From Candidatus Latescibacterota bacterium (GTDB lineage: Bacteria > Latescibacterota > UBA2968 > UBA8231), in NCBI GenBank assembly GCA_965206595.1, contig OZ242214.1, positions 6,336,001-6,400,000 on the forward strand: a stretch of 64,000 nucleotides of DNA. The letters are read 5' to 3'. Shown here in pieces: positions 10,122-19,336 of this stretch. The position numbers and the translations under genes are program-made. The notes beneath the pieces are model-generated. The model was not told the origin of the DNA. It ran no database searches and saw only the letters and a list, made by a program, of their open reading frames with translations. Each line of letters begins with the position of its first letter. Position 1 is the first letter of the stretch.

Positions 10122-11585
10122 TCAGAAGTTGGAGAAAGGGTAGATCTTCCGCCCCAGCCGCTGAAACTCCACCACGTCGGCGGAGTGCACCGAGGGCTCG
10201 TCCACGACCTGGATGCTGCCGGCGAAAGGCTCGAACCCGGCGCGGAAGTGGGCGGACGACTTGATGCCGAGGTAGCGCATCTCGCGGGGGTCGAGGGCCA
10301 GCGACTCGCACAGGGCGGTGTCGAACGGCTGCTCGCGCTCGCTGACGAGGATGACGTGCACCCCGTCCTGGACGATGTGCGCGCACCGCCCCATGAAACC
10401 GTCGAGTCCGGCGTTGCGGGGCCCGCGGTAGGTGAAGTGCCCGTCCGACAGGGCGACGACTTCGGCCCTCATCTCTACCGGCTCTCCCTGCAGCGGCGTC
10501 GACTTGGCCCCGACCTTCATCTCAACGGTCGCCCCGACACCGGCCTCGTGGCATATCGCCGCGGCCTCGGGATCGACCATGTAGAGCACGCAGGCGTCGC
10601 GCAGGCCGGCCTCGAGGAAGGTGCGCAGTTGCCCGGTGCTGTCGCCGGGAGAGCCGCCTCCGGTGTTGTCGTTGCGGTCGGCGAAGATCGCCGGGTAGCG
10701 CCCGATCCTGTCGGCCTCGACCATGGCTTTGGAAGTGGACTGCGACGACCCCGGCCACTGGGCGCGCCGTTCCCAGATCCAGGCCCCCAGCTCGTCGGCC
10801 AGCTCCTGGGCGCGGCCGCGGTCGCCGTCGGTGGCCAGGTAGACGGAAGCCCCCATGTCGGGGTGGTCTGCCAGGGGGTAGCAGGTGGCGATCGAGCAGC
10901 AGAGCACCTCGGGCAGGGCCTCGATGCGCTCGAGCTCGGCGATGGCGGCATTCATCGGCGGGTGCGCGGTCACCTGGTTCAGCCCCCAGCAGAGCGGCAG
11001 CTGGTGCAGGGCGAGAGCCGGTTTCAGGCCCTCGCTCAGCATGCGGTGGAGGATGCCGGCGCACTGGCGGGCGCGCTCGTCCTGGTCGATCTCGGGATAG
11101 GTGCGGTGGCCGAGCAGCACGTCGATGGTCTCCACCATGCGCGGCGACACGTTCGAGTGGATGTCGAGCTGGGCGATGACGGGAACCGACGGGCCGACGA
11201 GGTCGCGCACCGCGGCGAAGATGTGACCCTCGCCGTCGTCGATCCCCTCGGCGACCATCGACCCGTGCACGTCGAGGAGCACACCGTCGACGGGGCCGAT
11301 CTCCCGCATGGAGGAGAGCATGTCGTCGAGGATCTCGTCGAAGATCGCCCGCGGCGTCGGGCCGCTCGGGTGGGCGTTGGCGAAGATCGTCGGCACCAGC
11401 TCGAAGCCGTGCTCCTCGGCGCCGGCGAGAAAGCCCCCGACCGCGGAGTTGGTGCCGCGGAACTTGGCGAAGACCTCCTGGCCGCGCAGGTACCCGAAGC
11501 GCTCGTTGCGGTAGCTGTCCCAGTTGGTCTCCACGGTCGTGAAGGTGCTGGTTTCGTGGCCGATGGTTCCCGTCGCGACTTTCAT
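10122..11585 (-). CDS. M81 family metallopeptidase (MlrC-like)
   Basis: HETSTF, LDVHGSM, LDIHSN, RTYPEID, DNTGGGSPGD, KSSAHFRAGF. Confidence 0.9.
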   Translation of the reverse strand: MKVATGTIGHETSTFTTVETNWDSYRNERFGYLRGQEVFAKFRGTNSAVGGFLAGAEEHGFELVPTIFANAHPSGPTPRAIFDEILDDMLSSMREIGPVDGVLLDVHGSMVAEGIDDGEGHIFAAVRDLVGPSVPVIAQLDIHSNVSPRMVETIDVLLGHRTYPEIDQDERARQCAGILHRMLSEGLKPALALHQLPLCWGLNQVTAHPPMNAAIAELERIEALPEVLCCSIATCYPLADHPDMGASVYLATDGDRGRAQELADELGAWIWERRAQWPGSSQSTSKAMVEADRIGRYPAIFADRNDNTGGGSPGDSTGQLRTFLEAGLRDACVLYMVDPEAAAICHEAGVGATVEMKVGAKSTPLQGEPVEMRAEVVALSDGHFTYRGPRNAGLDGFMGRCAHIVQDGVHVILVSEREQPFDTALCESLALDPREMRYLGIKSSAHFRAGFEPFAGSIQVVDEPSVHSADVVEFQRLGRKIYPFSNF

Positions 11586-11705
11586 GCGTCCCTCTTTCCG
11601 GATGGGCGGTGCCTGCCTTCTCTTGCGATCACCCGCGGCCATGAACTTGATTCAGCGCGCGGCACGACACCAGAGCAGCGCCACTTCCGAGAGAAAGGTT
11701 TTCCC

Positions 11706-12470
11706 ATGAGAAAGAGCAAGGTGCTGGCCCGCATCCGCGCCGGAGAGACGGTGCGCATCTGCGGCCTCGGCAGCTTCATTCCATCCTACGTCCGCCACGC
11801 CGCCCACTTCGGGTTCGACTGCATCTGGTTCGATCTCGAGCACCGGGCCATGGAACAAAGGGAGGTGCAGGGGATGTTGGGGTTCTTCCACCTCTTCGAC
11901 ATCGACTGCATGCTGCGCTCGCCGACCCTGGAGCGGGTGCGCCTCTACCGCTATCTCGAAGACGGCGCCACCGGCCTGATGTTCCCCCACGTCACCACCG
12001 AGGAGGACGCGCGCTGGATCGTCGAGGCGACCCGGTTCCCGCCGCTGGGGAACCGCGGCTTCGACGGGGCCGGCCTCGACAGCGACTACGCCCTGCAGGG
12101 TGGAGCCGACTACCCGCGGCAGGCGAACGAGGAGACCTTCATCGTCGTCCAGATCGAGTCGCCGCAGGCGGTCGCCAATGTCGATGCCATCGCCGCGGTC
12201 GAAGGGGTGGACGGCCTGTTCGTAGGCCCGGGCGACCTGTCCCTGAGACTGCAGCACGACGGCTCGATGACCCTGGAGGAGGCCGAGGACCGCGTCGCCG
12301 AGGCTGCCGCGAAACACGGCAAGGTCTGGGGACGTCCGGCGCTAAACCGGGAAATGATCGGGAGCCTTCACGAGCGCGGGGCCCGCCTGATCGCCCACGG
12401 CGGCGAGTTCCCCGCCATCCTCGAGAAGCTCGAGCAGACCCGGAAGTGGTTCGACGAGGTCCTGAAGTGA
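11706..12470 (+). CDS. HpcH/HpaI aldolase family protein
   Basis: FDLEH, FPPLGNRG, VQIES, DGLFVGPGDLS. Confidence 0.9.
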   Translation: MRKSKVLARIRAGETVRICGLGSFIPSYVRHAAHFGFDCIWFDLEHRAMEQREVQGMLGFFHLFDIDCMLRSPTLERVRLYRYLEDGATGLMFPHVTTEEDARWIVEATRFPPLGNRGFDGAGLDSDYALQGGADYPRQANEETFIVVQIESPQAVANVDAIAAVEGVDGLFVGPGDLSLRLQHDGSMTLEEAEDRVAEAAAKHGKVWGRPALNREMIGSLHERGARLIAHGGEFPAILEKLEQTRKWFDEVLK

Positions 12471-14530
12471 GCCTCCGACGCAGCCTGCTGCTCAACGGCG
12501 AGTGGGAGTTCGCCGAAGGGGGGGACGGCGCCGCCCCCGAGGGGGGCTGGCGGCGGGTGCGGGTGCCGCACCGTTCGCGCGAGTTCGAGGAGGATCCCCC
12601 CGTCTCGGGGTGGTACCGGACCTCGCTCGCGGCCCCGGAGGGCTGGGAGACCGGCGACGGCCGGCGCCTCTTGCTCGATCTCGACCGGGTGCGCCACTAC
12701 GGCCGCGCCTGCCTCGACGGCGAAACCGTCGGGGAGCACCACCACCTGCGCCTGCCGTGGCTCATCGACCTGACGGACCGCGCCGCTCCCGGCACGGAGC
12801 ACGAGCTGGTCCTGTTCACGCACGCCTGCCGCGGCCGCTATGCCCATCCCGATGCCGAGGAGCTCAGCGAGGCCGCGGAGATGGCCCTCGACACCCGCTT
12901 CTGGCGCACCAGCGCCGCCACCGTCGGCATCGAGGGGGACGTCTGGCTGCGCTGCCGGCCGCTCGTCCACTTGGCGGATCCGTACGCGACCACTTCCGTT
13001 CGCGGGAAGACCCTGTCGGCCGAGGTGACGGTCCGCAACGACGGCCCCGAGCGCTTCAGCGGCCTGGTCACCTGGGAGGTGGCGCGCGCCGGCGAGACGG
13101 TGCTGCCGCTGCCGCCGCGGGAAGTCGAGGTAGGGCCCGGCGAAACCGCAACGGTCGCCTGCGCCGAAGAGTGGACGGATGCCGTGCCCTGGGGGCGGCC
13201 GCCGTACGGGGAGCCGGTGCTCTACTTCCTGCGCATCGACCTTTCCTCGGACGAGGGGCAGGTCGACGGCGACATCGCCCGCTTCGGCTTTCGCGAGATC
13301 CGCGCCGACGGGGAGCGGCTGCTGCTCAACGGCGAGCAGTTGATGCCGTGGGGGGACCACACCGTCCCCTACGTGTACGAGCGCCAGTGGCTGACGCGGA
13401 AGTTCAGCGACCTCGCCGCGGCCAACGTCAGCATCGTCGAGCACCACCGCTACGACCCGCCGTCGGTCTTCTACGACGTCGCCGACGAGTCGGGGACCTT
13501 CGTCGTCGGCGCCAACTTCTGCGTCGGCACCGGCCAGGTCTTCCCGGAGGATCTCGAAGAATCGGAAGCGAGCCTGGTGATGGAGAACCACCTCGTCGTC
13601 GCCGACGCCTGGATCCGCCGGACGCGCAACCATCCCTCGATCCTGTTCTGGGACGTCACCGACGCCCGCGACCCCGCCTTCTGCGTGCCCCTGCTGCGCA
13701 AGGTGAAGGAGCTCGACCGGACCCGCGTCGCCGAGGTCACCTTCGACCCCGGGGTCGCCGACTCCGAGCTCGTCGAGCTGATCGACTGCTACCGCCTGTT
13801 CAGCGGCCTGGAGCAGATCGAGGCAGCCGTCGAGGCGGTGCGCAACGACCCGGCGCTGCCGCGCAAGCCGGTACGGGTCGGGGAGGCCGGCATCTTCGAG
13901 TCCGGCCGCTGGGACCTGGATGGAGAACCCCCGCTGATGGAGGGGTGGTGGGACTTCCTGCTGAGCATGCCCGGGCGCAACATCCACGGCCTGCAGACCT
14001 TCTTCCTCGCCGACATGGATTACCGCGGGTTCACCGGCGACGTCCCCGGGAGCCTGGCGGCCCCGGTGGAGCCGCAGGTCAGCTGGCCCTCCCAGTCCGG
14101 CGCCGACGCCCGCATCGACCCGTTCGGCGAGGGCACGCAGGCCGCCTGGGGCAAGGCCGCTCTCTACCTCAACTGGTGCGACCCTGCCCAGCCGCTCGTC
14201 GTCGAGACCGCGACCCGCCAATGGTCGCGCGACCTCTACCGCCGGCTCGCCGGCCGGGACGTCGGGCCGCTCAATTCCCGTCGTCCGCCCGAAGTGATCG
14301 TCGAGACCGCCCGGCCGCGAGCCCCGGTGTTCGTCGAGCCGCTCGCCGGTCAGGCGGTGGCCCCGTTCGGGGTGCGCGCCGACGGCGACGGCAGGAGCTG
14401 GTTCGTGCTTCCCGAACCGGGGCCGTACCGGTTCACCTGCGGACCCGCGGCAGTCGAGGTGGCGGCGCGGGATCAGCCGGTCGACGCCCCGCCGGGGTAC
14501 GGCCACGTCCAGTGGGTCTCGATGGACTGA
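12467..14530 (+). CDS. Glycoside hydrolase family 2-like protein (divergent)
   Basis: LNGEWEF, GWYRT, FGFREI...LLNGE, DVADESG, RNHPSILFW; GTGA overlap with aldolase. Confidence 0.75.
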   Translation: MSLRRSLLLNGEWEFAEGGDGAAPEGGWRRVRVPHRSREFEEDPPVSGWYRTSLAAPEGWETGDGRRLLLDLDRVRHYGRACLDGETVGEHHHLRLPWLIDLTDRAAPGTEHELVLFTHACRGRYAHPDAEELSEAAEMALDTRFWRTSAATVGIEGDVWLRCRPLVHLADPYATTSVRGKTLSAEVTVRNDGPERFSGLVTWEVARAGETVLPLPPREVEVGPGETATVACAEEWTDAVPWGRPPYGEPVLYFLRIDLSSDEGQVDGDIARFGFREIRADGERLLLNGEQLMPWGDHTVPYVYERQWLTRKFSDLAAANVSIVEHHRYDPPSVFYDVADESGTFVVGANFCVGTGQVFPEDLEESEASLVMENHLVVADAWIRRTRNHPSILFWDVTDARDPAFCVPLLRKVKELDRTRVAEVTFDPGVADSELVELIDCYRLFSGLEQIEAAVEAVRNDPALPRKPVRVGEAGIFESGRWDLDGEPPLMEGWWDFLLSMPGRNIHGLQTFFLADMDYRGFTGDVPGSLAAPVEPQVSWPSQSGADARIDPFGEGTQAAWGKAALYLNWCDPAQPLVVETATRQWSRDLYRRLAGRDVGPLNSRRPPEVIVETARPRAPVFVEPLAGQAVAPFGVRADGDGRSWFVLPEPGPYRFTCGPAAVEVAARDQPVDAPPGYGHVQWVSMD

Positions 14531-14609
14531 ACTCCGAGCATCGCCCCGGCCCGCAGACCCGAGCCTCAGCTTCCCATCCCGACTCTGCGCCCTGCCTGTG
14601 TCGTCCGCC

Positions 14610-14695
14610 ATTCGACAATTCGACGCTGTCCAAACCGGCAATTGGACGCTACATTAACCGGCAATTGGACGCTGAAATAACCGACAAATGGACGC
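14610..14695 (+). repeat. Four tandem direct repeats, 23-bp period (core AACCGGCAATTGGACGCT)
   Basis: Units start at 14610 (degenerate), 14633, 14656, 14679; last unit contains the ATG at 14688. Confidence 0.85.
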
Positions 14696-15935
14696 AGATC
14701 GATCTCTGTTTCACCGCTCGCTGGCCCCCGTCCTCGGGGAGGCCCTGGCCGACACGCCGGTGGTCTGTCTCCTCGGGCCTCGGCAAAGCGGAAAAACCAC
14801 GCTCGTGCAGCAACTTGCTTCCGAGCGTGCGTTCGTCAGCCTGGACGAGCACAACTACTACCAGAACGCCGGTGCCGACCCGGACGGTTTCGTCGCCAGC
14901 CTGCCGGAAGAGGTGACCCTGGACGAGGTCCAACGGGTACCGGCACTGCTCACCGCCATCAAACGGGCAGTGGATCAGGACCGGCGTCCAGGCCGTTTTC
15001 TGCTGACCGGTTCGGCCAACCTTATGCTGGTGCCGACCGTTACCGAATCCCTTGCGGGACGAATGGAAATGGCGCAGTTGCACCCATTGACCGAATCGGA
15101 GAAGGAGCGCCTGCCCGGGCGTTTCCTCGGCGACCTGCTGAACGGGGCGCTCGAACCGGGAATCCGGCCCGGGGCGGAACCTTCCGGGCCATCGTTGCCG
15201 GAGCGACTGGTTGCCGGCGGCTATCCGGAGCCGCTGACCCGCGCACCCGGCCGCGCCCGGCAATGGCACCGGCAGTACCTGCGCAGCATCATCGAGCGGG
15301 ACGTGCAGGAAGTGGCGCGGGTGAGAGATGCCCGCGAGCTTGCCCGCCTGCTGGAGCTGTTGGCCCTGCGCAGCGCCGAACTGCTCAACACACTCAACCT
15401 GGCCAGCATCCTCGGACTGCACCGGGAAACGGTGGATCACTACATCGCCGTGCTCGAGCGGCTCTTCCTGGTGCGGCGACTGCCCGCGTGGAACCGCAAC
15501 CCGGCCAAACGGCTCGTCAAGGCGCCGAAGGTCCATCTGCTCGACAGCGGGCTGGCGGCGACCCTCGCCGGCCTGAGCGGGGTCGACTGGCTCCGCCGCC
15601 GGGACCGCATGGGACATCTGCTGGAGTCCTTCGTTGTGCAGCAGCTCATCGCCCAGGCAACCTGGACGGAACCGGACCTGCGGTTCTGGCATTATCGGGA
15701 CAAGGACGGCGTGGAGGTCGACGTGGTCCTTACGCGAGGCAGCAGGACCTGGGGTGTCGAGGTCAAGGCCGGCCGCACGCTCGGCCCCGAAGACGGGCAG
15801 GGCCTCATGCGGCTGGCTTCCCGCTGCGGGGAGGATTTCGAGTCGGGGGTGCTGCTCTACGCCGGCCGCGACCGGCTGCGGTTGGCCGGCGGGCGCCTGC
15901 TCGCCGTGCCGCTGAGCGAGTTGTGGGAGCGGTAG
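14688..15935 (+). CDS. AAA+ ATP-binding protein with DUF4143 (PD-(D/E)xK-like) C-terminal domain
   Basis: GPRQSGKTT, LDEVQR, LLTGSA, ESLAGR, GGYPE, KAPKVHLLDSG, HYRDKDGVEVD, VEVK. Confidence 0.92.
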   Translation: MDADRSLFHRSLAPVLGEALADTPVVCLLGPRQSGKTTLVQQLASERAFVSLDEHNYYQNAGADPDGFVASLPEEVTLDEVQRVPALLTAIKRAVDQDRRPGRFLLTGSANLMLVPTVTESLAGRMEMAQLHPLTESEKERLPGRFLGDLLNGALEPGIRPGAEPSGPSLPERLVAGGYPEPLTRAPGRARQWHRQYLRSIIERDVQEVARVRDARELARLLELLALRSAELLNTLNLASILGLHRETVDHYIAVLERLFLVRRLPAWNRNPAKRLVKAPKVHLLDSGLAATLAGLSGVDWLRRRDRMGHLLESFVVQQLIAQATWTEPDLRFWHYRDKDGVEVDVVLTRGSRTWGVEVKAGRTLGPEDGQGLMRLASRCGEDFESGVLLYAGRDRLRLAGGRLLAVPLSELWER

Positions 15936-15996
15936 GTATGGACCCCTCCTGCATCCATCCGGAGGCAACCGGCAAATCGAGCCGGAATGCCTCCAT

Positions 15997-16095
15997 TATG
16001 GATATTTGACGTACTGCCCACGCCCACCCTGATGCCATATTCTGGCAGAAGGAGAACAACCCCTAATGGATATGGATATTGACGTACTGGCCCAC
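15997..16095 (+). repeat. Imperfect 25-bp direct repeat pair
   Basis: TATGGATATTTGACGTACTGCCCAC (15997-16021) and TATGGATATTGACGTACTGGCCCAC (16071-16095). Confidence 0.7.
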
Positions 16096-16230
16096 AGTAG
16101 CGCGGATTCGGCGCCTTCTCATCCCGGTTGCCTGCCCGATCCGGAAGGCGGCCAAGCGGCAGGGGCAATTGGCGGCTCCCCCTGCCGCAAACGACTTCAT
16201 CCACCGGCAGCCTGAGCGGAGCAAATACCA

Positions 16231-17097
16231 ATGAACGATGATGGACCGACCCCCCTGCGCCTGCTGACGATCACGGCGCACCCGCACGACGTGACCTACA
16301 CCCTGGGAACATCCGCCCACCACGTCGAGCGCGGGGACAGCGTCACCGTCGTTTCGCTGAGCGACGGGGTCACCACCCACGACGAGGAGCTCGAAGACGA
16401 GATGCGCAAGCCCGCGGAGGAACGCCGCGCCGAGATCCTCGAGCGCCCGCGCGGCGAGCAGGCGGAGCGCAAACAGGAAGAGCTGCAGCGGGTCTGCGCC
16501 CTGTTCGGGATCGAGGACGCCCGCGTCCTGCCGTTCGCCGATCACCCCCTCGATTCGTCGCCGCAGCTGATCGAGGCCCTGACCGACATCTTCTACGAGG
16601 TCCGCCCCCAGATCGTCATAACCCACGCCCCCTACAACTACCCCCACAGGAACATGTTCAGCCTGTGGGACGGCGATCACCCGCTGGCGGGCAAGCTCGT
16701 CCAGCAGGCGATGCAGCGCGTCGCCCAGCCGGACAGGCGCCGGGAGCGCTCGCTGCACCAGGTTGCCCAGGTCTACTACATCGGGGTGGAGTTCGGCTGG
16801 ACGGACATCGACCTGTTCGTCGACATCTCCGACCAGGTGGCGCGGCGGATCGAGGCCGAGGCGCTGTACGAGACCCAGGGCCACACCGCCGGGTTTTCAC
16901 GCAAGCGGATCGAGTCGTTCGCCGGATACCACGGCTGGTTCGGGCGCACGGGGTACGCCGAGCCGTTCATCAGGCAGAGCGGGCAGACCAGCGACTGCCT
17001 CACCGTCACCGCCAACGATCTCAGGCGGGCGCAGATGACCGGCAGGGAGAATCTCGATCAGATGGGGCAGTTCGCCAGCGCCGATTCGCAGGAATAG
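16231..17097 (+). CDS. PIG-L/LmbE family deacetylase
   Basis: AHPHD motif, VSLSDG, RPQIVITH, DH, FVDISD, YAEPF. Confidence 0.85.
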   Translation: MNDDGPTPLRLLTITAHPHDVTYTLGTSAHHVERGDSVTVVSLSDGVTTHDEELEDEMRKPAEERRAEILERPRGEQAERKQEELQRVCALFGIEDARVLPFADHPLDSSPQLIEALTDIFYEVRPQIVITHAPYNYPHRNMFSLWDGDHPLAGKLVQQAMQRVAQPDRRRERSLHQVAQVYYIGVEFGWTDIDLFVDISDQVARRIEAEALYETQGHTAGFSRKRIESFAGYHGWFGRTGYAEPFIRQSGQTSDCLTVTANDLRRAQMTGRENLDQMGQFASADSQE

Positions 17098-17286
17098 TCC
17101 TGATTCTGGGTCGGTGGCAACACCAGAGGCATTTTTCAGATGCTGGACTTGTGGGCGTTCATACGGTGCACGGGGGCGCTGCGGCCGTTCTTCTCTGCGG
17201 GGGGACAGCTCCTTGACGGAGAATCCCCAAAAGGACCTTAGTTTATCTGATTCCTTGTCATTTGAAGATGTTGTGGGGATGATATC

Positions 17287-18555
17287 ATGATCCGACGCAT
17301 TCAGGCACTCAATTTCCGGTGTTTACGGTACGTCGATGTCGAGCTTGGCCGCTTCCACATCCTGGTGGGCCCCAACGCTAGCGGCAAGAGCACCCTGTTT
17401 GATGTTATCGCTTTTCTCGGCGATTTGGTATCGAATGGGCTCGAAGCCGCGGTGGAAAGCCGCACAAGCAATTTCCAGGATCTGGTGTGGGGGCGGCCAA
17501 GGGACCGTCTCAGTTTCGAGCTGGCGGTAGAGTTCGACATCCCGGAGCATCTCCGTGAACAATTACCGCGGGACAGAGACTATCGGGTCTTTCGTTACGA
17601 AGTGGCAGTTCGAGAAACAGATGGCGACATCAGAATCGACTCTGAACGAGGTTTGCTCGCCCCTGCGCAAGAACGACAATCGTCGATCCAACGGGAGATG
17701 TTCCCCGATCCGATGCAGCCACCCCGGTCCATACTGGTAGGAGGCAATCGCCGTGGGCTACGGACTATATTGAGCAAGTCAAGTCAGGCGAAGGACAATT
17801 TTAACGTGGAAACGTCCTCCAAGTCCGGAAAGGGATGGGCGACAAGTATCGCCTTCGGACACCGTCGTTCGGCGCTTGGAAATCTCCCCGAGTCTCCGAC
17901 GAGTTTTCCCGTCGCGACGTATGTGAAGAAGATATTGGGGAGTTCGATAAAGTTGCTCTTTCTTGACAGTCTTCGCATGCGAGAGGCGAGTCCGCCGGCC
18001 AGGCACGAGGCTGGCATCGCACAGGACGGATCGAATCTTCCTTGGATTATCAAGAAACTCGAACGGGAGCACCCCGAATCTTACCGGGAATGGTTGTCAC
18101 ACATTCAAACGACGCTCTCGGAATTGGAATACGTCGGCGTCGTCGAGCGCGAAGACGACCGCCACGCGTACCTGAGGCTTCGCTACAAGTCGGGGGTCGA
18201 GGTTCCGTCGTGGATGGCATCCGACGGCACGCTCCGACTTCTGGCCTTGACGGTTCCTGCGTATTTACCCGGATCAGATGAGATATACATTCTAGAAGAA
18301 CCCGAGAACGGGATTCATCCACTGGCGGTCGATTGCGTCTTTCAGTCACTAAGTTCGGTCTACGAATCACAAGTTCTGCTTGCTACCCACTCACCCGTCG
18401 TGCTGAGGATGGCCGCTTTGGAAGAAGCGCTCTGCTTTGCGAAGAATTCCGCCGGCGCAACCGATGTCGTGCGGGGTGACGATCATCCACGTCTCAAGAA
18501 CTGGAGGGATTCGCCCAACATGGATGTCCTTTTCGCCTCCGGCGTGATTGGATGA
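17287..18555 (+). CDS. mad3: ABC/AAA_21-type ATPase resembling MADS defence protein Mad3
   Basis: IQALNFRCLRY, Walker A GPNASGKST, signature SDGTLRLL, Walker B LEEPENGIHP, LATHSP; resemblance to Mad3 recalled from memory. Confidence 0.7.
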   Translation: MIRRIQALNFRCLRYVDVELGRFHILVGPNASGKSTLFDVIAFLGDLVSNGLEAAVESRTSNFQDLVWGRPRDRLSFELAVEFDIPEHLREQLPRDRDYRVFRYEVAVRETDGDIRIDSERGLLAPAQERQSSIQREMFPDPMQPPRSILVGGNRRGLRTILSKSSQAKDNFNVETSSKSGKGWATSIAFGHRRSALGNLPESPTSFPVATYVKKILGSSIKLLFLDSLRMREASPPARHEAGIAQDGSNLPWIIKKLEREHPESYREWLSHIQTTLSELEYVGVVEREDDRHAYLRLRYKSGVEVPSWMASDGTLRLLALTVPAYLPGSDEIYILEEPENGIHPLAVDCVFQSLSSVYESQVLLATHSPVVLRMAALEEALCFAKNSAGATDVVRGDDHPRLKNWRDSPNMDVLFASGVIG

Positions 18556-19187
18556 TCAGCGCGGATCCCAAAGATCTCTTCGTGCTTGCGGCCGACTTGG
18601 AGTTGGCTAATGCTCTGGAGGGGTTACTGTCTCGCTCAAGGGATCTAGGTATCGAAGATATTGAATTCGACATTGAGCGCCACATAAACAGAGACAGTGG
18701 TTGCCGTAGTGAGGCGGTCGAGTATTTGAGACCATATCTTGGCAGGTATCGATATGCGTTGATAGTCTTTGATTATCATGGTTGCGGAAGTTCGCTTCCG
18801 AGAGAGGGTATTCAACGAAACCTCGAAAAGCAGCTGGCACGGAACGGATGGGAGAATGGTGCGAAAGTAATTGTAATCGATCCGGAGCTCGAAGTGTGGG
18901 TCTGGAGCCATTCTCCTACAGTTTCTCGAGTGTTGGGATGGGACGATCGCTACCCTGAGTTGCGACGATGGCTGGGTGACCAGCAATTGTGGCCGCCTGG
19001 CGACTCAAAGCCGACCCATCCAAAAAAGGCAATGAGAGAAGCAATGCGGCATGGAAGAGTGCAAAGATCCGCACGCAAGTTTTCTGAACTTGCGACCGCG
19101 GTAGAACTTGACGGTTGTCGGGACCCTGCTTTCAACGAGCTGAAGACAACCCTGCGCCGATGGTTTTCGCTCGAAACTCGTAAATGA
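18552..19187 (+). CDS. mad4: Protein resembling MADS defence protein Mad4 (TOPRIM/DUF4276-like)
   Basis: ATGA overlap with ATPase; KDLFVLAAD, RDSGC, YALIVFDYHGCG, VIDPELEVWVWS, KPTHPK, CRDPAF...LRRWF. Confidence 0.7.
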   Translation: MISADPKDLFVLAADLELANALEGLLSRSRDLGIEDIEFDIERHINRDSGCRSEAVEYLRPYLGRYRYALIVFDYHGCGSSLPREGIQRNLEKQLARNGWENGAKVIVIDPELEVWVWSHSPTVSRVLGWDDRYPELRRWLGDQQLWPPGDSKPTHPKKAMREAMRHGRVQRSARKFSELATAVELDGCRDPAFNELKTTLRRWFSLETRK

Positions 19188-19336
19188 GTAGGTAGGAATG
19201 CGAGAGTTGGCGAGGTGGTTGACCGATTCTGGATGTCGCTGGCATCAGTGATCAGTGATCTGATCGTTTAACTAGCCAAGGGGGAGTCAAGGTCCCACTA
19301 CCTCGCTTCGTCCTCTATCATCAACGATGATCCCGG

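Noticed and set aside
14610-14695. Repeat array as a mini-CRISPR
   Set aside because: Intervening sequences are only 5 bp and no cas genes are present
7158-14916. Very long alternative-frame and antisense ORFs (e.g. 7158-9986 +, 10077-11705 +, 12368-14641 -, 12502-14916 +)
   Set aside because: Shadow ORFs expected in high-GC DNA; R/G/P-rich, no motifs, and they overlap well-supported genes
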